DNA of 64,000 nucleotides, from positions 5,776-69,775 of the forward strand of contig NIVC01002717.1 of NCBI GenBank assembly GCA_002269645.1, written 5' to 3'. The stretch is from Macrostomum lignano. Its lineage: Eukaryota. Below the pieces are notes generated by a model, which did not search any database, had not been told where the DNA came from, and saw only the letters and a list, made by a program, of their open reading frames with translations. Each line of letters starts with the position of its first letter. Positions within the stretch are counted from its first letter, which is position 1. A program made the position numbers and the translations under genes. Below, in pieces: positions 44,426 through 64,000 of this stretch.

Positions 44426-45089
44426 AGGCCAGGACGGCTGCTCAAAGTCTGACTTTCAGACTGTGCTGGCCCAAATTCCCATGCAAGACAAGATCCCACA
44501 CGCGGTTCCCATGCGGATGCAAGTCATTGTTGCGCACCTCCCCACACAGCTATCTCAAGTGAGTCCTGAATGCGACTCCAGGCAGGCTGTGAAACAAAAA
44601 CTTTCTCTGGCAGAGGGGCCCATATTGCCGCAGCCACTTGTGCATACGTGAGTTTGCAGCACTCGCAGTCAACTCGGACTCCAAGGCCAGACAAGGAGGA
44701 GAAAGTGAAAACTTTATGCCACAAACAGATGGTAAACAGTGCGGCAATTGAGGCGGGAGCTAATTCTCAAATTGAAATGGAGCAGGAGACTCAACAGACA
44801 GTGAATAAGTGTGAGACTTGGCTTGAACACTTCTCCACTTAAGTCACTCTCTTACTGAATCAACTCAAAGCCCTTCACGAAAAATATATTCCATAATATT
44901 GTTTTATATAGTGTAAAATGTTGCAACAATTTCTCTCTCCTAGCTGCTGTTGGGAAAATTGCTGCAGAAATTGAGGAAATTCAACTTGAGAGGGCGTCTT
45001 TTTCATTTGCTTAGTTTTGGCCGCTGCTGTTTATGCAGAACTTTAATGCAAGTTTTACTGTTTAAACTGCGCCCCTTCAGATCCCGGAT

Positions 45090-45900
45090 GGCGCCTCCAT
45101 CAAATCCCAGTTTGGCGCCAATCTCAAATTCCAAATTAGAGCGCCAATCTCAAATCCCAACTTTAAGCGCCAATCTCAAATCCCAGTTTGGCGCCAATCT
45201 CAAACCCCAGTTTGGTGCCAATCTCAAATCCCAACTTTAAGCGCCAATCTCAAATCCCAGTTTGGCGCCAATCTCAAATCCCAACTTTAAGCACCAATCT
45301 CAAATCCCAACTTTAAGCACCAATCTCAAATCCCAACTTTAAGCGCCAATATCAAATCTCTGTTTGGCGCCAATCTCAAATCCCAACTTTAAGCGCCAAT
45401 CTCAAATCCCAGTTTGGCGCCAATCTCAAATCCCAGTTTGGCGCCAATCTCAAATCCCAGTTTGGCGCCAATCTCAAATCCCAGTTTGGCGCCAATCTCA
45501 AATCCCAACTTTAAGCGCCAATATCAAATCCCAGTTTGGCGCCAATCTCAAATCCCAGTTTGGCGCCAATCTCAAATCCCAGTTTGGCGCCAATCTCAAA
45601 TCCCAGTTTGGCGCCAATCTCAAATCCCAGTTTGGCGCCAATCTCAAATCCCAACTTTAAGCACCAATCTCAAATCTCTGTTTGGCGCCAATCTCAAATC
45701 CCAACTTTAAGCGCCAATATCAAATCCCAGTTTGGCGCCAATCTCAAATCCCAACTTTAAGCGCCAATATCAAATCCCAGTTTGGCGCCAATCTCAAATC
45801 CCAGTTTGGCGCCAATCTCAAATCCCAGTTTGGCGCCAATCTCAAATCCCAGTTTGGCGCCAATCTCAAATCCCAGTTTGGCGCCAATTTAAAATCCCAA
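45090..45900. repeat. 24/26-bp minisatellite GGCGCCAATCTCAAATCCCAGTTT
   Basis: 8-aa periodicities (GANLKSQF, APISNPSL). Confidence 0.95.
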
Positions 45901-46435
45901 ATGCAGCCCGGACACACCCATCTGCGATGCCAGCTTTGGCACATCCTGCAATTCAATTACCGCTTCCATCTAATAATATCCCATGAAGTCGAAGAAACGC
46001 CATATGTCACTCCTCAATATCGATTTGCCTTTAAACCAAGCAGACGTCATCTCTTCATCTTTTCATCTCCAGCTTCCGGCCTCATGCGGGCGTGTTAAAG
46101 TTTCTAGCAGATTTTAGGAAATTTTCCCCCAATGACTCTACAGAGACATCGATGGAGTGAAAGTGGAATCTCAAAGAGGATCATGGATGGCTTCCTGGTA
46201 ACCCCGGCCCTCGGATACTCACTGCAACCAGCTCGCTGTGGCCGCCACTCCAGCAGTTATACAACAAGCGGAAACAGGCCTATCGAAGGCTCTCCGTCTG
46301 TGGGCATAGGGGAGAGGATAACTTATAACACGACTGAGAGCTGCAGCGGTCAGTCAAGTCCATGGATTACTGTTCATAGATATCTGGAGTCAAGATTCAG
46401 ATAGTGTGCAGGACGTTGATACGGCCGGTCGTCTA

Positions 46436-46680
46436 CCAAGAGACAGGGGCGCCCAACAAGAGACAGGATCGCCCAACAAGAGACAGGGGCGCCCAACAAG
46501 AGACAGGGGCGCCCAACAAGAGACAGGGGCGCCCAACAAGAGACAGGATCGCCCAACAAGAGACAGGGGCGCCCAACAAGAGACAGGGGCGCCCAACAAG
46601 AGACAGGGGCGCCCACCAAGAGACAGGGGCGCCCACCAAGAGACAGGGGCGCCTATTAAGACAAAGGGGCGCCATCTCGA
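46436..46680. repeat. 20-bp minisatellite AGAGACAGGGGCGCCCAACA
   Basis: About 12 copies. Confidence 0.93.
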
Positions 46681-47194
46681 ATCAAAATAATTTCTGATTT
46701 TGCATGTCTCCACTCCAGACCTCGAGTCCAGTGCACCATGGCACCCCCACGGCTTCTTCTCTTCACACCGGATCTGCGAGTCTTCAAGCATCTTTCTTCC
46801 CGACTCGGTTTCCGGCCAACACAGTCTTTAATTTTGACCTCCCCTCAATGGCTACCACCATTTTCAAGTGTGTCCGCGGTCCCAAAATGATTAAGGTGGG
46901 CCGGGATCCTCGGTTCTTTTTAGTCGTGAATAAAAACTGACAGAGCTGAGACTACTATGTTTTATGGCCTACTCAATGCCGAGAGAGAGAAGTGGGCAGG
47001 GCAAGATTCTACAACGCAACGTGCTTACAATTGGCTGTGTGAAGTGTTTTAAATTGCGTATTGAAATCTGGCAGTGGCTTGGGATTTTTCTTCAAGCACT
47101 GAGAAGGAAGTGGCTTGAGTTAGACTTCTATTGTTGGATTGATTTCCCCTGCTTGCACCTTGCCCCGGGATCAGAAGGGGAATGGTTGGAGATC

Positions 47195-49075
47195 AAGAGT
47201 TGGAGACACTGAGAGTTGGGTGGATAGGAGACTGAGAGAGTTGGGTAGATAGGAGACACCGAGAGTTGGGTAGATAGGAGACTGAGAGTTGGGTAGATAG
47301 GAGACTGGGAGTTGGGTAGATAGGAGACTGGGAGTTGGGTAGATAGGAGACTGAGAGTTGGGTAGATAGGAGACTGAGAGAGTTGGGTAGATAGGAGACT
47401 GAGAATTGGGTAGACAGGAGAGTTAGAGTTGGGTAGATATGAGACTGAGAGAGTTGGGTAGATAGGAGACACCGAGAGTTGGGTAGATAGGAGACTGAGA
47501 GTTGGGTAGATAGGAGACTGGGAGTTCGGTAGATAGGAGACTGGGAGTTGGGTAGATAGGAGACTGAGAGTTGGGTAGATAGGAGACTGAGAGTTGGGTA
47601 GATAGGAGACTGAGAGTTGGGTAGATAGGAGACTGAGAGTTGGGTAGACAGGAGACTTAGAGTTGGGTAGATATGAGACTGAGAGAGTTGGGTAGATAGG
47701 ACACTGAGAGTTGGGTAGATAGGAGACTGAGAGTTGGGTAGACAGGAGACTTAGAGTTGGGTAGATATGAGACTGAGAGAGTTGGGTAGATAGGAGACTG
47801 AGAGTTGGGTAGATAGAAGACTGAGAGTTGTGTGGATAGAAGACTGAGAGAGTTGGGTAGATAGGAGACACCGAGAGTTGGGTAGATAGGAGACTGGGAG
47901 TTGGGTAGATAGGAGACTGGGAGTTGGGTAGATAGGAGACTGAGAGTTGGGTAGATAGGAGACTGAGAGTTGGGTAGATAGGAGACTGGGAGTTGGGTAG
48001 ATAAGGAGACTGAGTTGGTAGATAGAAGACTGAGGGTTGGGTAGACAGGAGACTGAAAGTTGTGTAGACAGGAGACTGAGAATTGGGTAGACAGGAGAGT
48101 TAGAGTTGGGTAGATATGAGACTGAGAGAGTTGGGTAGATAGGAGACACCGAGAGTTGGGTAGATAGGAGACTGGGAGTTGGGTAGATAGGAGACTGAGA
48201 GTTGGGTAGATAGGAGACTGGGAGTTGGGTAGATAGGAGACTGGGAGTTGGGTAGATAAGGAGACTGAGTTGGTAGATAGAAGACTGAGGGTTGGGTAGA
48301 CAGGAGACTGAAAGTTGTGTAGACAGGAGACTGAGAATTGGGTAGACAGGAGAGTTAGAGTTGGGTAGATATGAGACTGAGAGAGTTGGGTAGATAGGAG
48401 ACACCGAGAGTTGGGTAGATAGGAGACTGAGAGTTGGGTAGATAGGAGACTGGGAGTTCGGTAGATAGGAGACTGGGAGTTGGGTAGATAGGAGACTGAG
48501 AGTTGGGTAGATAGGAGACTGAGAGTTGGGTAGATAGGAGACTGAGAGAGTTGGGTAGATAGGAGACTGAGAGTTGGGTAGATAGGAGACTGAGAGTTGG
48601 GTAGATAGGAGACTGAGAGTTGGGTAGACAGGAGACTTAGAGTTGGGTAGATATGAGACTGAGAGAGTTGGGTAGATAGGAGACTGAGAGTTGGGTAGAT
48701 AGGAGACTGAGAGTTGGGTAGACAGGAGACTGAGAGTTGGGTAGATATGAGACTGAGAGAGTTGGGTAGATAGGAGACTGAGAGTTGGGTAGATAGGAGA
48801 CTGAGAGTTGGGTGGATAGAAGACTGAGAGAGTTGGGTAGATAGGAGACACCGAGAGTTGGGTAGATAGGAGACTGGGAGTTGGGTAGATAGGAGACTGG
48901 GAGTTGGGTAGATAGGAGACTGAGAGTTGGGTAGATAGGAGACTGAGAGTTGGGTAGATAGGAGACTGGGAGTTGGGTAGATAAGGAGACTGAGTTGGTA
49001 GATAGAAGACTGAGGGTTGGGTAGACAGGAGACTGAAAGTTGTGTAGACAGGAGACTGAGAATCGGGTAGATATA
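47195..49075. repeat. 23-bp minisatellite GAGAGTTGGGTAGATAGGAGACT with long-range duplicated variant blocks
   Basis: Variant block ATAAGGAGACTGAGTTGGTAGATAGAAGACTGAGGGTTGG recurs near 48000, 48255 and 48980. Confidence 0.95.
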
Positions 49076-49674
49076 TTAGGTAGATAGTAGGGATACAGTT
49101 GAGTAGATTTCAGGCACTTCTCAGTCTATATGAGTGTCGGATATGCAATGAAACGCAAGCTAAACTTAAACACACTCAATTAACCGTGGCTGGCCATAAA
49201 TAAAGCTTCTAAAACCTTGAGCATCGCAGCGGGTATTCGCTAAAGCGCACTGCGACAGAGGCACTCAAATTGACTTTGCATAAAATAAATTGATTTGACA
49301 AACAATTTTCACAAAACTTCAACTCAAGGCTTTAATTGTTTTGTTATCTATTATACTCATAATAGAACTACTAAAGTCAAAATTGATCAGACAGTCCCCA
49401 TCTCCGCTTGAGGTCCAATTAAAGAAAACGATAGCTAATTATAAAAATGTTGGCAATGAATGCTTATCATTTAATCCTATTCATTTAGGGATTTTAAGTC
49501 ATGCCCCCATTATTGCAGGTGCCTCCTCGGTGGGCGGGGATCAGAACGAAGAGTTAAAAGCTCTTATCCAATTATGGAATTAGATGTTCTTAAATTCTAA
49601 AGTATTCGACACCCACACGCACACAGATGCAACTTTAATAATCGCTTTGTAAATTGAAAATACTCGAAAGAAAC

Positions 49675-50195
49675 TAGAGGGAGCATCCAGGATTTTTTAT
49701 TGAGAGGGGGGCACGGTTTTCAGGGCGCCACATTGTTGGAGGCGCCGACGTGGGAGGCGCCATCATGGGAGGCCAGCATCAAGGGGCAACATCGTGGGGC
49801 GCCAGCATCAAGAGGCGCCATCGTGACGGGGCGCCAGCATCAAGGGGCGCCATCGTGACGGGGCGCCAGCATCAAGGGGCGCCATCGTGACGGGGCGCCA
49901 GCATCAAGGGGCGCCATTGTGGGGACGCCAGTATCAAGGGGCGCCATTGTGGGGACGCCAGTATCAAGGGGCGCCATTGTGGGGACGCCAGTATCAAGGG
50001 GCGCCATCGTGACGGGGCGCCAGCATCAAGGGGCGCCATCGTGACTGGACGCCAGCATCAAGGGGCGCCATCGTGACGGGGCGCCAGCATCAAGGAGCGC
50101 CAAGGGGGCGCCTAGTCAGCTGCGTAGGAGGCGCCACAGAGTTTGCCAGCCTACTTGCAATGGGGGATGGCTCAAGCCCCTGAAAAACGCCAATA
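49675..50195. mobile_element. Degenerate MITE-like shell containing a 32-bp GGCGCC minisatellite
   Basis: Left end AGGGAGCATCCAGGATTTTTT..GGGGGGCAC and right end GGGGGATGGCTCAAGCCCCTGAAAAACGCC enclose GGGGCGCCAGCATCAAGGGGCGCCATCGTGAC repeats. TIR complementarity is only partial. Confidence 0.45.
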
Positions 50196-50699
50196 ATCTG
50201 GACGAGTGGGAGCAGAAAGAACCTACAAGTTTTCAAATAACATAACATGGCCAGTTTTGACAATTGTCAAAACACAGACAGACAACTTAAGATGCGGCCG
50301 TATGTTGTATTAATTTTTTTCGGGGCAATACAACACACTGCCTGACAATAGGAGCCATAATAGAGGGTATTTGGAATTGGCGCCAAGATCACAGTGGGGG
50401 TCATTGTACGGTCTCTCAAGCCTCGTGTATGTAGCAGTTTCATATACCGTATCCAACACGATAGAGTTTGAGCCAATGTGGGCCTAAGTGTGTCGCAACT
50501 GAATTCGAGTTAAGCGTGGCAAGAGAGAGGAGAGAAGCACTCGAAACATGTTGAAAGCATGTATATTGGTGTGTACAGAATCGATAGAACAATAAACAGT
50601 TTGCTTTAATAAAGTTGAATTGAAATGAGGGTCTCCGTGTTTTCAAATATAACTCAAGTGTCTGCCCGTGGTCTCTGAGGTCGTTTTGATATTTTATTC

Positions 50700-51045
50700 A
50701 GTGTCATAAGCGCAGTGTCATCTGTTATGAGCGCGCAGTGTCATAAGCGCAGTGTCATCTGTTATGAACGCGCAGTGTCATAAGCGCAGTATCATAATAA
50801 GCGCGCGGTATCATAAGCGCAGTGTTATAAGCGCGCAGTGTCATGAGCGCGCAGTGTCATAAGCGCGCAGTGTCATAAGCGCGCAGTGTCATGAGCGCGC
50901 AGTGTCATAAGCGCGCAGTGTCATGAGCGCGCAGTGTCATAAGCGCGCAGTGTCATAAGCGCGCAGTGTCATAAGCGCGCAGTGTCATAAGCGCGCAGTG
51001 TCATAAGCGCGCAGTGTCATAAGCGCGCAGTGTCATAAGCGCGCT
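50700..51045. repeat. 16-bp CpG-rich minisatellite AAGCGCGCAGTGTCAT
   Basis: Read directly; about 700 nt upstream of the FoxQ2 ATG. Confidence 0.92.
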
Positions 51046-51740
51046 TTTGCAGCACAAACGGTGAAAACTTTAACAAATGAAGTCATAGTCATCACTGCAT
51101 ATCCACTGACAATATCGTTATTAACAAATTTCACTATCATCTATGTCACGAGATTCGATCTCCCGCTGATCCCGTTAAACTTTGGCACGACGCAGTGATA
51201 AATATTTATTCATATTTTAAACCGTTAATCTGTTGTCCCTGCTCAGACAATAGAATAAGCGAAATATCCAGCTGATTTTGACAGTTAAACTTCTCAAAAA
51301 CGCACACGCACATCGGCGAGAGGTACCACGCTGTGCGGAGAGGCACCTCTCGCAGTGCCCGGCAGTCGCAGCTTCCAGCAGAGTCCAGCGGGACTCAGAG
51401 GCGCCTTCAAAGAGAAGCTTTTGAGAACTTGACTGACTTCAACGGGAAAGAGAGGTGAAACTTGTCGAGGAGGTGGCGGAGGATGGGTTGGGGGAGAGGG
51501 TCCGACAACTTGAGTCTGGTTCTGAGTAGCCCCACACCCCCTCCTACCCCCCGGCAGCCAATCCGAGCCCTTCCTCCGCCTCCCGCCTGTCCCAAGCCCC
51601 GCTCCCCAGCTCTCCTGAGCTCAAACTGCTCACAAAACCGATTGCCGCCAGAGAGCGGCAGCCACTTCATCCAGCATTTCAAAACTGGCCCGAGTCAGTG
51701 TACACTAACTATCGAAGTCCTAGTACAATAGCAAGCAGAC

Positions 51741-58273
<6,533 letters not shown>

Positions 58274-58464
58274 GCAGCCGCCGCGAGCTTGAGTTAATGG
58301 CTCGGATTAAATTTTTTTAAACATTGCTTTGTTGTGGTCGATACTTAGATTCTTCTCATCGCTAATTCAGATTTATAAATCCCAATCCCAGATCCCTATT
58401 AATAATAAAAAGTCTCAAAGTCCCAAATCTAAACCATATTTTTCAGCCCCGACATATTAGGTCC

Positions 58465-58760
58465 CTAATCCGAAATTCCAAAAATCCCAGAATCCCAGAA
58501 TCCCGAAATCCCGAATCTCAAATCCCAAATCCCAAATCCCTATCCCAAAAATCCTAAAATCCAAATCTTGAATCACAAATCCCAAAATCCCGAATCTCAA
58601 AATCCCCAAATCCCAAATCCCAAAGTCCCAATTCCCGAATCCCATATCGCAAATTCCAAAATCCCAAATCCCAAAATCCCAGAATCACAAAATCCCAAAA
58701 ATCCCAAAATCCCATATCCCAAATCCCGCATCCCAAATAAAAAATCCCACATTCCAAGCT
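58465..58760. repeat. Degenerate AAATCCC repeat
   Basis: Downstream of the FoxQ2 stop codon. Confidence 0.85.
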
Positions 58761-59434
58761 CACGCAGTTTCCTGTAAAACTACTCAGCTAGTCAAGGCGC
58801 CTGATCGGCAAAAGTGTACGCAAGCACCCCCTCTGATTGCGTCGCAGTGTCCGGATGCAAGGCATCAAAGTATTCCAAATAAATATGAATACACTTGTTC
58901 GCTTTTAATCTATTCGAACGCGTTTGAGCTTTCTAAGAAATGTTTCATTGTTCGGCCCCTCCCTAGTCACAGTTCTTGCTTAACTCGTTAAAGTTTAAAA
59001 CAAAATCACGTCTCTGTTTATTAATAAGAATATTATTAAAAGTCTTTTGTTTTAATGCTTGTTTTACTTCCTTTGTTTTACTGTTTTTGTTTGAACTTGA
59101 AGCAGTTTTGTTAAACAAAAATGTTTATATAATGTAATTATTGCTTGAAAACAAGTTTTGAATGCAAATTTTTCATTGATTTAATAAACAATGCTCGTAT
59201 TAAAAATGGCAGTAAACGTCACAATTATGAACGAAGATATTAACAATAATAATTATCATTATTAATAAATACACTTATCGCACGTTCAGTCCCTGCGCAG
59301 TTAATGCCTGGGCTTGCAAATTTGTCGCAGAAAAATTTATTGTAGATAAAAAAATTCGCTCAATTTGGACTTTCATATTTGATTGAATCTGAAAATGAAA
59401 TCTACCGTATTGTTTTGTGATGAACTCTTCTTTC

Positions 59435-60065
59435 ATCACATTCTCTCCTCCTCCCTATCTTTTCGCTCCCTTCTCCCTTCTCTCCGCTCCCTTCTCCCCT
59501 TTCTCCTCTCACTTCTCCCCCTCTCCTCTCTCTTCTCCCCTTTCTCTCCGCTCCCTTCTCCTTCCTCTCCGCTCCCTTCTCCCATCTTTCCGCTCCCTTC
59601 TCCCCTCTCTCCTCTCCCTTCTCCCTCTTTCCGCTCCCTTCTCCCCTCTCTCCTCTCCCTTCTCCCTCTTTCCGCTCCCTTCTCCCCTCTCTCCTCTCCC
59701 TTCTCCCCTCTCCTCTCCCTTCTCCCCTTTCTCCTCTCCCTTCTCCCTTCTCTCCGCTCCCTTCTCCCCCTCTCCTCTCCCTTCTCCCCTCTCTCTCCTC
59801 TCTCTTCTCCCCTTTCTCTCCGCTCCCTTCTCCCCTCTCTCCTCTCCCTTCTCCCCTCTTTCCGCTCCCTTCTCCCCTCTCTCCTCTCCCTTCTCCCCTC
59901 TCTCCTCTCCCTTCTCCCCTCTTTCCGCTCCCTTCTCCCCTCTCTCCTCTCCCTTCTCCCTCTCACTCCGCTCCCTTCTCCCCTTTTTCCGCTCCCTTCT
60001 CCACCCTCTCTCTCCGCTCTCTTCTTTCCTCTCTCCGCTCCCTACTCCTTTTTCTCTCCTCCCTT
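59435..60065. repeat. CT-rich low-complexity array (CTCCCTTCTCCCCTCT)
   Basis: Read directly. Confidence 0.9.
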
Positions 60066-61127
60066 TCCTGTCTGCTCACACCCCCATTAAATCTCAGACT
60101 GCACTCTCCGTCTTCTCTTCAATCCCATTAAGGCAGCCACAATGTCCATTGTTGGGGCAAACAACCCCAACCCCCAATCAAAGTGAGTGACAGTTGTCGT
60201 GTATTTAAAAAAACTTGATTCCCTCAACTTTCACTAGACTGAACCCTTCACAATGGCATTCAGCATAGCGAGAAAGTCGCCCCAGTCTTGTTCCGGGTGC
60301 AGAAACTCTCAATTTTTTTGCTTGCTAAAGAAATCACAGCCAGTTGGTGCTGATGAAGGTGGCTGAGGCAAAGATGCTGGCGGATGTTGCAGTAATCCCA
60401 GAAGAGGATATTTAAAAATGAATCTCAGTGAATTGCTTTAGTAGAAATGTTTTATACAAACTGGGCCTGCAGCTATAAGAATGGAGAGTTGATTTTTTTA
60501 CAAAACTCTTTCAATAAAGTTGAATTCATAATCTTTTTTGCCAGTCAGACAGGCAGACGGGGCTCTGTAGCCGGAAATGCAGAAGTGGGTATAAGATTGA
60601 GAGCTAGTAAAGCTACCGTGAAGGATCAGTAAGCTGACGGCAAGCTCTCTCTCTCTCTCATTCTCTCACTTCGGTAAGAGCCACTTTCCCGTCATCATAA
60701 ATTTGCCCAGCCTCCGGAGGCCTGATCAGACCTGACAACGTGAGCCCCATCGGAGTGGCAGGCAGGGCAGGCATTTCCCTAAATAATTTGCCAAGCATTT
60801 GCACCACACTTTGCGTTGAAAAACTCTCTAGGAAGTGGTGCTGAACGGGCTGGCTAATAGGATCAAGGAAGCACGCGAGGATGTCGGGAGCTCGAGATCA
60901 GCTAGACCGGGGGCAGAAAGAGTGGCAAAATTAATCGAGAAAGATCGAGAGTTAGGATTGTGACAGATTTTGAGCAAATTAAATTGACTGTTGGGGATTA
61001 AGTCAGAGAATCACGGAACCTGAAGATTTTTTACACGCTGATATTTTTGCTTCTGAATGCGCCGAGTTTCTTTTGGGTATTTTCTTTATTTCAGCAAAAT
61101 CTTAAATTATGTTAACTGTGGATACGT

Positions 61128-61920
61128 TATAGATAGATTAGAGATCGATCACAGATAGATTAGAGATCGATCACAGATAGATTAGAGATCGATCACAGAT
61201 AGATTAGAGATCGATCACAGATAGATTAGAGATCGATCACAGATAGATTAGAGATCGATCACAGATAGATTAGAGATCGATCACAGATAGATTAGAGATC
61301 GATCACAGATAGATTAGAGATCGATCACAGATAGATTAGAGGTAGATCATTGATAGATTAAAGATGTTTAGAGATATATTAGAGATAGATTAGAGATTAG
61401 AGATAGATTAGAGATACATCTAATCTAGGAGATCCCAGACAGATCGCACATAGATCACAGATAGATCAGAGATAGATCAGAGATATACCACGATAGATCA
61501 CAGATAGATCAGAGATAGATCAGAAATAGACCAGAGCAGATAGATCACAGATAGATCACAGATAGATCACAGATAGATCACAGATAGATCACAGATAGAT
61601 CAGAGCAGATAGATCACAGATAGATCAGAGATAGATCAGAGCAGATAGATCACAGATAGATCACAGATAGATCATAGATCACAGATAGATCAGAGATAGA
61701 TTAGAGCAGATAGATCACAGATAGATCACAGATAGATCACAGATAGATCACAGATAGATCAAGGATAGATTAGAGCAGATAGATCACAGATAGATCAGAG
61801 ATAGATCAGAGATAGATCAGAGATAGATCAGAGATAGATCAGAGATAGATCAGAGCAGATAGATCACAGATAGATCACAGATAGATCACAGATAGATCTG
61901 AGATAGATCAGAGATAGACC
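61128..61920. repeat. 22-bp GATAGATTAGAGATCGATCACA array followed by 11-bp GATAGATCACA units
   Basis: Read directly. Confidence 0.92.
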
Positions 61921-62514
61921 AGGGTTGACCAGAGAGAATAGATGGCACAACTGCCTGACTATTTGAATGACCAAATTTCTAGCCAAAGAACGGATACTGC
62001 AATAATTAGTCATCCACACGGAGAAGATAATTACTCTGGTCTCAAATAGAAAAGTCAAATCAGCCCGGGTCTCCTTGCTTGAAAGGCAACAAGCACAAAG
62101 ACGAACAGACTGGGAGCTCCTTGTTTCAATTCCTGCATTCTGAATTTTTAAACATCATTTTGGACCTGTAATTCCAGAAAGACTACAATTTGCTTATGTT
62201 GGGGCATCAACTCCTGAAGGATAGACACAGTCGGCTTAGTGAGTGAATTTTTCTTCCCAGAAGACATGGCCAGTTAAATTGATATCTTGTGTTCCAACTC
62301 AAAAAATTGGGCAATATTGTCCCGGAGCATGGCAACTCATACTCTCGATTTTGAGACAGCGCTTGGCGCCAAAATTCTTAATTTAGGGGGGGGATTTTTT
62401 AATTCTCTCGGGGCAGCGGCGTTGAGGCCTGAGCTGAATGGTGAGGGGGTTCAGCCGTGACATCAGTTATGATCTCATCAGCTGATATCCGCCTGATCCA
62501 CCGCTTGATTTCGG

Positions 62515-64000
<1,486 letters not shown>

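Overview
This is eukaryotic (animal) DNA: GC-rich exons in a matrix of about 40 separate micro- and minisatellite arrays. The style (poly-Ala/Gln/Pro proteins, repeat-filled introns, co-oriented intron-poor housekeeping genes) suggests a flatworm such as Macrostomum; that is an inference, not a database result. All six genes I can support are on the + strand: RPS26, V-ATPase subunit E, a 6-exon KLHDC1/2-like kelch gene and RBM42 (a tight cluster at 5.1-18.2 kb, possibly a trans-spliced operon), a 6-exon orphan single-pass membrane protein gene (33.1-41.8 kb), and a 3-exon FoxQ2 (51.7-58.3 kb). Mobile DNA includes a 1.4-kb foldback element just upstream of RPS26, a tRNA-derived SINE with a target-site duplication, a 147-bp hAT-like MITE, and GGCGCC-core arrays, one inside a MITE-like shell. 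A 6.2-kb, 95-bp satellite appears to have arisen in place from an adjacent minisatellite plus captured unique DNA. Most long ORFs in the supplied track are repeat artefacts. Exon structures were assembled by hand from GT/AG sites and reading-frame continuity.
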